This document shows, one piece after another, positions 56,951 to 64,000 of a stretch of DNA of 64,000 nt. Position 1 is the stretch's first letter, and each line of letters starts with the position of its first letter. The notes beneath the pieces are model-generated. The model saw only the letters and a program-made list of their open reading frames with translations, did not search any database and had not been told where the DNA came from. The DNA is from a virus. Both the position numbers and the translations under genes were made by a program. Location of the stretch: positions 16,665-80,664 of IMG/VR virus record IMGVR_UViG_3300042261_000868, one strand, 5' to 3'.

Positions 56951-57297
56951 GTTGGTTTATTAAAGTCTTTTTCGGTTGGGCAATATGATAATGTTGGATC
57001 ACGACCTAGTTTGCGTAAACTTTGCCCGTTTGGACAAATGCAAAACACCTTTGCATCAATTGGAAGACCCATTGGAGTAAAACATTTTGAATGAATAACT
57101 CCATTGCCCCCACAAAGAGCACATGCTGGGAAAGTGAAACCTCTTTCTGGATCGGAGACAGGTACATTATAATATGCCATCCAATAATTGTCAATAACCT
57201 CGTTGCAGAAAGCCTCTGCCCAAGCAAGTTTCTCGTCTGAGTCTTCTATGTTATTAAGATTCTCAATTAACTTTTCGGCTAGTTCTTTTCTTTTCAT
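56947..57297 (-). CDS. hypothetical zinc-binding protein
   Basis: CALCGGNG...FCICPNG. Confidence 0.65.
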   Translation of the reverse strand: MKRKELAEKLIENLNNIEDSDEKLAWAEAFCNEVIDNYWMAYYNVPVSDPERGFTFPACALCGGNGVIHSKCFTPMGLPIDAKVFCICPNGQSLRKLGRDPTLSYCPTEKDFNKPT

Positions 57298-57713
57298 TTG
57301 AATTTCCTTTTAAGTTTCTTTAAAGCAACTCGACAATATCTTTTAAATCTTGGTTTTGGTTTCCTATTGGCAACTTGTAGCATTATTTTAACTTCTTTTA
57401 TTTGTTTTAATGCTTCGCTCTCTACTGTAGAATTAACACTCGGACAGTCAAAAGTAACATTACCTTTAAAAACAATTCCACTATCGTTTATAGTTATCAT
57501 ATTACCGTTAGGGGATTGAGCAACAAAGGTATGAGATTGAGCAACATTTGACATTGATATACCCGATAACGGACCGAAAGCAACGGTATCATTTGGGTTC
57601 GTAGGGAATTCAACAATAGGTTTTAATTCACCATAACGGTCAATATACTTACCAAGAGCCTCTTCAAGTCTCTTGTTAACGTCTTCAAGTTTTTTGATAT
57701 ATTCTTCGTTCAT
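57294..57713 (-). CDS. hypothetical protein
   Basis: Coupled ORF. Confidence 0.55.
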   Translation of the reverse strand: MNEEYIKKLEDVNKRLEEALGKYIDRYGELKPIVEFPTNPNDTVAFGPLSGISMSNVAQSHTFVAQSPNGNMITINDSGIVFKGNVTFDCPSVNSTVESEALKQIKEVKIMLQVANRKPKPRFKRYCRVALKKLKRKFK

Positions 57714-58195
57714 TTGACTACAATAATATCATCCCAGCCTTCGTCATAGTCAACTGGGTTTTCTAAGAGTATTTTACTCTGTCTTTCTATTATTTCAAGA
57801 GGTATCTTTTTAGATGATTTTTTTAATCTCTCTATACATATCTCTGGATTCGTAGCAAAATAAATTGCCGTAGTTTTATATTTAAATTCCTTGCATATCT
57901 TAACGATATCAATTCTATTATCTTTATCTAAGTTCAAATCATCATAATAGATTATAGGAATCTTATAACTTAAAAAGTTCTTAAGGTTACTTAAAGTGAC
58001 TTTATTAACCATATCATCTTTACTGTGGTCCAAAACATCGCCAGATAAATCATTTCTAATAATATCAACATGAATTCTCTTGGACTTCTTAGCAGGCAAG
58101 AGTTTCTTTTTAACGGCGGATTCCCACCAATAACTTTTGCCACTTGCAGGCAACCCCACAGAGACATACACCGTTGGAATTATTTGTAATTTCAT
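57710..58195 (-). CDS. P-loop kinase, polynucleotide-kinase/AAA_33-like
   Basis: VGLPASGKS, I.VD.IR, DD.NL...R, CIER, EGWD.I. Confidence 0.8.
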   Translation of the reverse strand: MKLQIIPTVYVSVGLPASGKSYWWESAVKKKLLPAKKSKRIHVDIIRNDLSGDVLDHSKDDMVNKVTLSNLKNFLSYKIPIIYYDDLNLDKDNRIDIVKICKEFKYKTTAIYFATNPEICIERLKKSSKKIPLEIIERQSKILLENPVDYDEGWDDIIVVK

Positions 58196-58551
58196 TTTTC
58201 AATAAAAGGGTTTAAGTCTCTGAGAATTTCAATAGGAATATTAGCACCATCAACATCTAATTCTTCCAATTTGATTTTTTCAGTTTCCACTTCTACTTCA
58301 ATATCAGCCATTTCTCTCCATTCTTTAAAGAATGGAAGAGCCTTTGGATCTTCTGGTTTTACTTTTTCAGTAATATCGTGTTTAGAAAGCAACTGTGCTT
58401 TGGTCATTTCTATTATTGAAGCCTGACTTCTGATTGAAATAGATATTTGTGCCAATTTATAATTGGTTCTGACCTTTAAAGGCAATTTAAGTGCAATAAG
58501 AGCCTCAATTGCCTTATCAGCAATGACAATCTGAATATTTTTTAATTTCAT
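58192..58551 (-). CDS. phage protein, DUF1617-like
   Basis: GAGG RBS before MKLKN; LP....YKLA...EVE...IKLEEL...L.PFIE pattern. Confidence 0.5.
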   Translation of the reverse strand: MKLKNIQIVIADKAIEALIALKLPLKVRTNYKLAQISISIRSQASIIEMTKAQLLSKHDITEKVKPEDPKALPFFKEWREMADIEVEVETEKIKLEELDVDGANIPIEILRDLNPFIEK

Positions 58552-58579
58552 ATACACCTCAACAATATTATAACAAAAA

Positions 58580-59092
58580 TTATAATATGTTATCGGTGTT
58601 ATTTTCAGGAGGTGCAGCATTTGGATCTGCTGCTGGAGCGGCCTCTGGTTCTGGTGATGTGAGGCCACTTAAATCGTCTTGGCCTGGTTCGCCAGTTGCT
58701 TGTGTTGCTGCTGGGTCTGCTGTTGGGGCTTGTTGTCCAGAACCACTTAAGTAACTATGAATAAATTCAATAAGTCCTGGCTTTTTCATTGCACCGATTT
58801 GATTAATGACTTCTTCTGATGACTTCCCAGCATCTTTCTCTGCCAATGCCCACTGAACGGTGCCTTTGAGAACTTCCATTGAAATCTCTGGATCTTTAGC
58901 TTTGCCGCTTGGTCCTTTGGGTTGTTGTTGACCGCCAGTAGCGGGGGCTGGAGCTGGGGTTGTTGGAGCAGCGGGTTGGTCAAGTCCTAAGTCGCTTTGG
59001 CTAACTTGAGCGGGATCGACTTCACGAAGAGTATATCTTTCCTGAATTCTTTTGTTTAATCCTTCTTTATATTCATTGATGTCAAAAGCCAT
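58580..59092 (-). CDS. low-complexity Pro/Ala/Gln-rich protein
   Basis: AAGGAG RBS; 170 aa. Confidence 0.7.
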   Translation of the reverse strand: MAFDINEYKEGLNKRIQERYTLREVDPAQVSQSDLGLDQPAAPTTPAPAPATGGQQQPKGPSGKAKDPEISMEVLKGTVQWALAEKDAGKSSEEVINQIGAMKKPGLIEFIHSYLSGSGQQAPTADPAATQATGEPGQDDLSGLTSPEPEAAPAADPNAAPPENNTDNIL

Positions 59093-59101
59093 TTGAACTC
59101 C

Positions 59102-59401
59102 TTAATTTTTATATCTGTTAATAAGTGTTGTAATGTCTTTAGCACTACGAATGCCAGTGAAGTTTTCTACAATCTTCCCATCCTTCATAATGAAGGTGGC
59201 TGGAATGCCATTTACATTAAACTTTGCAGCAAGGTCTGGGTGTTCGTCTGTGTTTACTGAATAGAAAGAGACTGAATCAATATTTTTAGAAACATTTTCC
59301 ATGATGGGTGTATACACTCTGCAAGGACCACACCAATCAGCGAAAAACTTAACGACACTTACACCTTGTGCTAATTCTTCAATTTTTTCAAGTTTCTTCA
59401 T
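59102..59401 (-). CDS. trxA: thioredoxin
   Basis: FFADWCGPC active site; cis-Pro motif GIPA. Confidence 0.93.
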   Translation of the reverse strand: MKKLEKIEELAQGVSVVKFFADWCGPCRVYTPIMENVSKNIDSVSFYSVNTDEHPDLAAKFNVNGIPATFIMKDGKIVENFTGIRSAKDITTLINRYKN

Positions 59402-59409
59402 ATTGTTCC

Positions 59410-60183
59410 TTATGGTTGTTGCGGGCCTTTAACGGGTTGTCCAGCTTGTTGTCCAGGAAGCTGTCCAGCATCAGCCAATCTCTTCTTCATGATGTCTCTC
59501 CACTTTGGATATGTCTCGTACATATTCTCGCAGGCCATATGCATAAGGTATTTTTCGTTTTGGTCTTCGCAACCACTGTGGATTTGCTTAATCTGTTGAA
59601 CAATCTTATCAAAGATATTTGAAAGTTTAAACTCAAACTCCATTTCTGGACTTAAGCCACCAATGATATCACCCGATGGTGCTCCTTGGGTTGCGGCCAC
59701 AGGAGCACCGCCTACTGGTGTGCCTGGTTGCTGACCTGGAAGCTGGGTTCCTGGGGCTGGTGATGGTGATGTTGGGTATGCATCAAGTTCCTTAATGATT
59801 TCTTCATAGGACTTTTGAGCGAATGGGATTTGGCTTTCAGTAAGCTTGGCACGAAGGGTATTGTTCTTAACCCCATAGATAGCATCCATATAGAAGAGTC
59901 TGTCATCAATAGCACTCTCTGTAAGGTTCTTTGATTGGCAGTATTTAACTACCTTATTAAAATCTTCAATATTCTTAATATTGATATCAACAATCTTCCC
60001 CACTAACTCAAGCGGGTTAGATCCATATGCTAAAATGTCCTTTGAAGCATTTTCTTCGATGACATACCATCTCTGAATTTTATTGTCATCAAAATAGTGG
60101 ATAGTTGCGGTCTTAACTTCTTTATCCATTCCAACTGATTCTTTAAGCTTATTTTGATAATTAACTTTGTCAATCTTTTGCAT
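59410..60183 (-). CDS. hypothetical late protein with repeated LxES motifs
   Basis: LKES and LTES (x2); TATAAATA at 60207-60214; AGGAG RBS. Confidence 0.7.
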   Translation of the reverse strand: MQKIDKVNYQNKLKESVGMDKEVKTATIHYFDDNKIQRWYVIEENASKDILAYGSNPLELVGKIVDINIKNIEDFNKVVKYCQSKNLTESAIDDRLFYMDAIYGVKNNTLRAKLTESQIPFAQKSYEEIIKELDAYPTSPSPAPGTQLPGQQPGTPVGGAPVAATQGAPSGDIIGGLSPEMEFEFKLSNIFDKIVQQIKQIHSGCEDQNEKYLMHMACENMYETYPKWRDIMKKRLADAGQLPGQQAGQPVKGPQQP

Positions 60184-60218
60184 ATGCTTCTCCTAAAGTA
60201 TATTGGTATTTATATATT

Positions 60219-60779
60219 TTAGGGTTGCTTATGGGGAATCAAAACATATTGCCCACCCGCATATTCCATTCTGGAACAATTTACTAACAATGTAGCAAGT
60301 CGTTTGGCAGTATCTTCAACTATATTGGGGATATATCTTTCTCGCCCCTCTAATTTAACTTGAATCTTAACTTTACAATTCTCGTCTAAAAACTCTTTAA
60401 CTTTTTTTGCTTTAATTTGAAGGTCGTGGTCTTGAATTGTGGGGGACATTCTAATTTCGTGGTCCTCTGACCTATTTAATGCCTCGTTATGCTTTTTCTT
60501 TTTCTTAAGATGATAAAGATGCTTTTTATAATCCATCAATTTACATACGGGTGGGTGTGCATTGGGGGCAACCTCAACTAAATCAAGACTCTTTAGATTC
60601 GCTCTAGAAAGTGCTTCGGTAATAGTTAGGATGCCTTGTTTTTGATCATTCTCATCAATAAGGAGTACCTTTGGTACTCGTATTTCAAAATTAATTCTAT
60701 GCTCCTTTTCACTAACAGAGTTATTAATTTGATATTTTTTATTAAATTCTTTCATAGGCATCATTTGAGCGGTAGACAC
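60219..60779 (-). CDS. infC: translation initiation factor IF-3
   Basis: RIN.EIR...V.LID...Q.GI....EAL..A....LDLVEVAPNA.PPVCKLMDY.K; EIR.SP.I..HDL..K; KVK....GRE; GTG start after AAGGAG. Confidence 0.93.
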   Translation of the reverse strand: MSTAQMMPMKEFNKKYQINNSVSEKEHRINFEIRVPKVLLIDENDQKQGILTITEALSRANLKSLDLVEVAPNAHPPVCKLMDYKKHLYHLKKKKKHNEALNRSEDHEIRMSPTIQDHDLQIKAKKVKEFLDENCKVKIQVKLEGRERYIPNIVEDTAKRLATLLVNCSRMEYAGGQYVLIPHKQP

Positions 60780-60798
60780 TTAATCTCCTTGGTGGGGT

Positions 60799-60852
60799 TA
60801 TTTATAAAATTGATTTCTAATAGTATTATACGACAAATGTAAATTTTTACAA
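60799..60852 (-). promoter_or_regulatory. tandem early-type and late-type promoters for infC
   Basis: TTGTAA-16 nt-TATAAT (60852-60825) and TATAAATA (60806-60799). Confidence 0.55.
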
Positions 60853-60859
60853 TCCAAGA

Positions 60860-62554
60860 TTATAGATCGTATATTTCTTTTACTTTCTTGCCGTAACTCT
60901 TGATTATTTGGCCGCCAACAGCATTGGCTTCATCTTCTAAATCTCCACCGACATCTTGATATTGAGTATTAAGTTCAATTTTACCAACTTTGCGCTGATG
61001 GAAATGCACCAATTCATGAGCTAAGGTTCTCAAAAAGTCCGCTAATGACCTTCCCTTAACATATACCATGATTTCTTCATTGGTTGGGTTGAATGCTCCA
61101 TGTGTCATTCCACCCTTACGAGTAACTAAAAAACTAATCTTAGGCAATTCAGTTAATCTAAGGTAACTTAATGCGTGTTGGATGAAGTTCTCAATGATGG
61201 TTGAGATAGTTTCATCAAATTCTTGCTCAGTTACGAAGGAATAACTATCCTTAGTTATAGGATTTGGTTTAAAATACTCCTCTTGTATCATTGAACTCTT
61301 TATAAACTCAGCGATTTCGCCTGGATTGTTGTTAATTTGACCATCCCATAAGGCAGAAAGCACTTTTTTCTGTGCAACTCCAATCTTTGGGAAGTCTTTT
61401 TTGTCCTTAATACCCATAAATTGGGCCAAAGTAGGTCCATCAACCGCTAACTCCTTGCCACGTAAAGGTACTTGACGCATCTTTTCGATTTTTTGTTGAA
61501 TTTCTTCATCAATTTCTTTAAAAACTTCTGATAAGACTGCTAAATCTTGGTCAGTTAAATTTCCAACATAACTATGTGGGTACTCTTTTGTGTTTTTTAT
61601 TAACTTTGCGGTTTCAATAAGTTTGATGTATTTAGCATCTGGCTTCATAATGTTGTAATTACCACCATTAATAAAGAAAGCAACCATTTGCCCAGAGATT
61701 TTATCCTCTGGTTTGGTTAAATGAGGTAATTTTACAATGAAAGGATTAAATTCAGCACCGAAAAGCTTTTCACCCACCTCTAACTTCCAGAGAAGGGTAA
61801 TAAATGTCTCGCTATCGGCCTTTCCTTTCGTCCACGCCTTCTTAAATTCCTCAAAGATTCTCTCGCCAGATACACTAGAAAGTTCGCTAGAAAGGTTTCT
61901 AATGGCATTGGCAGTCTCACCACTGATATCAAACCCCATTCTCGTAGCAAATTGAATGGCACGAAGCATCCTTAAGTGATCCTCACCAAAACGAGCAAGA
62001 GGATCACCTACAGCCTTTAATACGCCACCTTCTAAATCCTTTAATCCACCGTTGGGGTCAATGACAGCATCTTTTAAAAGTGCAATTGCTTTCTCTTTAG
62101 GGTATGCTTGGACATTTATAAAGACACTTAAAGGAACTGCCATGGCATTCCAAGTAAAGTCGCGCCTCTTTAAATCATCCTCAACAGATGCATTGGGGTC
62201 AACTTGAACAGTGAAATCCGTATGCTTATCGCCAGTACGGTCTTCCTTGGTTCTAGGAATTGCAAAATCAAATTCTTCTTTATCTATATTCGCCTTAACA
62301 ATACCAAACTGTTGACCAACTTCTTTTGGTTTGCCTATTTGGACTAAAGCGTGTTGAATTTCCTCAAGACTTAATTTCCTTACAAGGAAATCAATATCCT
62401 TGGGGTCATGACCTAACACAAAGTCTCTTATGGGTCCACCAACAACAAATATCTCACCACCAGCTTGAGTGATAGCATTATTAATCTTTTGTAAGGTACT
62501 TATATCAACCTTACTCTCATCGAGAACCTTGAAGAAACTTTGAAAATTATCCAT
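60860..62554 (-). CDS. CCA tRNA nucleotidyltransferase fused to a C-terminal HExxH metallopeptidase-like domain
   Basis: VGGPIRD...KDID, RRDFTWNAM, DPNGGLKDL, EDHLRMLRA, VSGERI.EEF.K; C-terminal RTLAHELVH..Q...EDEANA. Confidence 0.88.
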   Translation of the reverse strand: MDNFQSFFKVLDESKVDISTLQKINNAITQAGGEIFVVGGPIRDFVLGHDPKDIDFLVRKLSLEEIQHALVQIGKPKEVGQQFGIVKANIDKEEFDFAIPRTKEDRTGDKHTDFTVQVDPNASVEDDLKRRDFTWNAMAVPLSVFINVQAYPKEKAIALLKDAVIDPNGGLKDLEGGVLKAVGDPLARFGEDHLRMLRAIQFATRMGFDISGETANAIRNLSSELSSVSGERIFEEFKKAWTKGKADSETFITLLWKLEVGEKLFGAEFNPFIVKLPHLTKPEDKISGQMVAFFINGGNYNIMKPDAKYIKLIETAKLIKNTKEYPHSYVGNLTDQDLAVLSEVFKEIDEEIQQKIEKMRQVPLRGKELAVDGPTLAQFMGIKDKKDFPKIGVAQKKVLSALWDGQINNNPGEIAEFIKSSMIQEEYFKPNPITKDSYSFVTEQEFDETISTIIENFIQHALSYLRLTELPKISFLVTRKGGMTHGAFNPTNEEIMVYVKGRSLADFLRTLAHELVHFHQRKVGKIELNTQYQDVGGDLEDEANAVGGQIIKSYGKKVKEIYDL

Positions 62555-62563
62555 ATGTTATCT

Positions 62564-62571
62564 TATTTATA
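62564..62571 (-). promoter_or_regulatory. T4-type late promoter TATAAATA
   Basis: Exact consensus 9 nt upstream of the CCA-enzyme ATG. Confidence 0.55.
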
Positions 62572-63085
62572 CTATCTTTTTCCAAACCTTTGTATAGTTT
62601 AGAGTTAATAAGTCTTTATTGTTAATCATACCAGTTAATTCATTTGGACGATTCCAACGACGATACCCCTTGTATTTAGCATCGCAAGATTTTTTTACTA
62701 TAGTATTTCGGTCAATAAGCCTTTCACTGAGGTCTGCTAGTTCTTGTCTATCAACAAACAAAAAATGGGTTTTAAATTCAAAAGCAACTAAATCAGCTTT
62801 TCCATAAAGCCAACCAGGGTTTCCCCTAACATTTTTAAATTCAACCCAAATCCACTCATCCCGCTGTTCACCAGAACGACTAAGTTTCTTCATCGCCTTC
62901 ACTTCAACTTTTTTAGTGCCTTCTTTGTGGTGAAAGAAGTAATCAAAATGTTCCTTCATATCGTTGTGTCTAGATGATTTCTCAATAGTCACCTTCTCGG
63001 CAGCAGCAATCTTCTTTAACTCATTCTCGGCATTGTTACCAATTTCAAGGCACTTACCATCGGTGTCGTACTTATTAGGTTGCAT
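62567..63085 (-). CDS. phage PD-(D/E)XK-like nuclease-fold protein
   Basis: G..AE, HFD, VEVK, WVEFKNV.G.PGWLYG.AD..AF; start at MQPNKY is coupled to the upstream stop (TAATG). Confidence 0.6.
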   Translation of the reverse strand: MQPNKYDTDGKCLEIGNNAENELKKIAAAEKVTIEKSSRHNDMKEHFDYFFHHKEGTKKVEVKAMKKLSRSGEQRDEWIWVEFKNVRGNPGWLYGKADLVAFEFKTHFLFVDRQELADLSERLIDRNTIVKKSCDAKYKGYRRWNRPNELTGMINNKDLLTLNYTKVWKKIV

Positions 63086-63288
63086 TATGCTTCCCACATA
63101 ATAAAAGCAAATGTTGCCAATAATGGCAATATCACAAGAACCACCGCTGCTGCTATTAAGATTATGGATGCCATCAAAGCAAATGCCAAGGCACATAATG
63201 AAATAAGTATTCCAACTACTATCACTGTTGCTAACGCGGAAAGCAATAAAACAAACGGTGATAACAAGATTCGGAGAAATATATTCAT
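63085..63288 (-). CDS. small membrane protein
   Basis: Almost entirely hydrophobic, 67 aa; GAGG RBS; promoter upstream. Confidence 0.65.
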   Translation of the reverse strand: MNIFLRILLSPFVLLLSALATVIVVGILISLCALAFALMASIILIAAAVVLVILPLLATFAFIMWEA

Positions 63289-63312
63289 TTTTTTGTTTTA
63301 CCTCTTGGTGTT

Positions 63313-63339
63313 ATTATATCTTCTTTTTTTTAAAGTCAA
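63313..63339 (-). promoter_or_regulatory. sigma70-like promoter
   Basis: TTGACT-15 nt-TATAAT. Confidence 0.5.
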
Positions 63340-63559
63340 CATCAAGTTTTTTACACCTTTTTCTTATTGCATTATCAGAAACTCCAAACATTTTTCCTAT
63401 GGTTGTCATTGGATATTGAGAAACCAATTTTTCTAGTTCCTCTTTAGATACTTCAAATTTTTTGGGTTCGTTTTGGAAATGCGTGGGGGAGTCGAACCCC
63501 GAAACCTTAACAGTTTTGCAGACTGCTCCCAGAAACCCCCTGAGATTAAGGACACGCAT
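63314..63559 (-). CDS. HTH-domain ORF overlapping the tRNA-Cys (leaderless gene or homing-endonuclease remnant)
   Basis: SKEELEKLV...TTIGKMFGVSDNAIRKRCKKL HTH; the only ATG upstream of the HTH lies inside the tRNA. Confidence 0.45.
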   Translation of the reverse strand: MRVLNLRGFLGAVCKTVKVSGFDSPTHFQNEPKKFEVSKEELEKLVSQYPMTTIGKMFGVSDNAIRKRCKKLDVDFKKKKI

Positions 63560-63560
63560 C
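63474..63560 (-). tRNA. tRNA-Cys(GCA) with non-canonical structure
   Basis: Acceptor GATGCGT(G)/(C)ACGCATT, discriminator U, encoded CCA, anticodon loop CT-GCA-AA, T loop TTCGACT; 87 nt. Confidence 0.8.
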
Positions 63561-63567
63561 TATGCTA

Positions 63568-63595
63568 ATTATATCAGTATCCGTGGACTTGTCAA
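63568..63595 (-). promoter_or_regulatory. consensus sigma70-like promoter with extended -10 for the tRNA-Cys
   Basis: TTGACA-16 nt-TATAAT with TGn extension, 7 nt before tRNA G1. Confidence 0.75.
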
Positions 63596-63948
63596 CGACT
63601 GCGTTTCTTACCGTAGACACTTCCAGTAGAAGTGAACCCATCATCATAATGTTGTGGTGGCGGCAAAGGCTTAACCTCTGGTGGCTTAGGTGGCTCAGGT
63701 ATAACTACCTCAACCTTAATCTCATCCACTGGTTTAACCACAGCAATCGTAACTTCTGCTTTAACTACTACTTCGGGCTTCTCAACCTTTGGAGTAACAC
63801 TGATATTCTTTAAAATATCCTGAGCAGCTTGATTATTATCAAGCTCCTTAATTTCAACCTCAGTAAGAGGATGATCCCCGTCTACTAAAACAATAGGATC
63901 TTCGTCCCCTTGTTGTTTCGTGAAAAGCCACTTAAGTAAGTTTCTCAT
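63592..63948 (-). CDS. hypothetical Pro/Val-rich protein
   Basis: AGGA RBS; ORF between the two tRNA genes. Confidence 0.6.
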   Translation of the reverse strand: MRNLLKWLFTKQQGDEDPIVLVDGDHPLTEVEIKELDNNQAAQDILKNISVTPKVEKPEVVVKAEVTIAVVKPVDEIKVEVVIPEPPKPPEVKPLPPPQHYDDGFTSTGSVYGKKRSR

Positions 63949-63963
63949 ATATTCCTAAAATCT

Positions 63964-64000
63964 TGGTGCCCATTAGAGGACTTGCGCCCCTCTCTGAAGT
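63964..64000 (-). tRNA. 3' half of a tRNA gene (truncated by window end, identity unknown)
   Basis: Minus strand AGGGG-CGCAAGT-CCTCT T arm, AATGGGC acceptor strand, A-CCA end. Confidence 0.65.

Noticed and set aside
63086-63196. N-terminal extension of the 209-aa ORF 62567-63196
   Set aside because: It overlaps the membrane-protein gene; the coupled ATG at 63085 is the more plausible start.
1-64000. Alternative genetic code (stop-codon reassignment), as seen in some jumbo phages
   Set aside because: ORFs are long and densely packed in the standard code, and TAA, TGA and TAG all end genes at sensible boundaries.

Overview
This 64-kb, AT-rich window looks like a segment of a large (jumbo-type) T4-like myophage genome read in the standard genetic code. 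The + strand half (1-42920) starts with nucleotide and DNA-metabolism genes (class II ribonucleotide reductase, HNH nuclease, PD-(D/E)XK/Cas4-like nuclease, NAD-dependent ligase) and a glycosyltransferase/methyltransferase trio. It continues into a ~32-kb baseplate/tail-fibre block: gp5-, gp25-, gp6- and gp7-like proteins, giant 1000-2500 aa virion proteins, a mosaic tail fibre with a GC-rich insert, and an FG-GAP/poly-Ser protein. A bidirectional terminator at ~43040 separates this from a - strand half of small accessory genes: ClpP, dNMP kinase, a MoxR-type AAA plus vWA-metallopeptidase pair, SprT, a nucleoside deoxyribosyltransferase-like protein, thioredoxin, IF-3, two tRNA nucleotidyltransferase homologues (one intact and fused to a HExxH domain, one degenerate) and tRNA genes. 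Two promoter classes are visible: sigma70-like promoters with short 15-16 nt spacers, and T4-type late TATAAATA boxes. The most notable signals are a tRNA/translation module (non-canonically folding tRNA-Cys overlapping an HTH ORF, a possibly virion-packaged CCA enzyme, a dead CCA paralogue, IF-3), a possible virion-glycosylation system, and a ~115-bp IS200/IS605-like miniature element. All family assignments come from motif recognition by eye; no database search was run.
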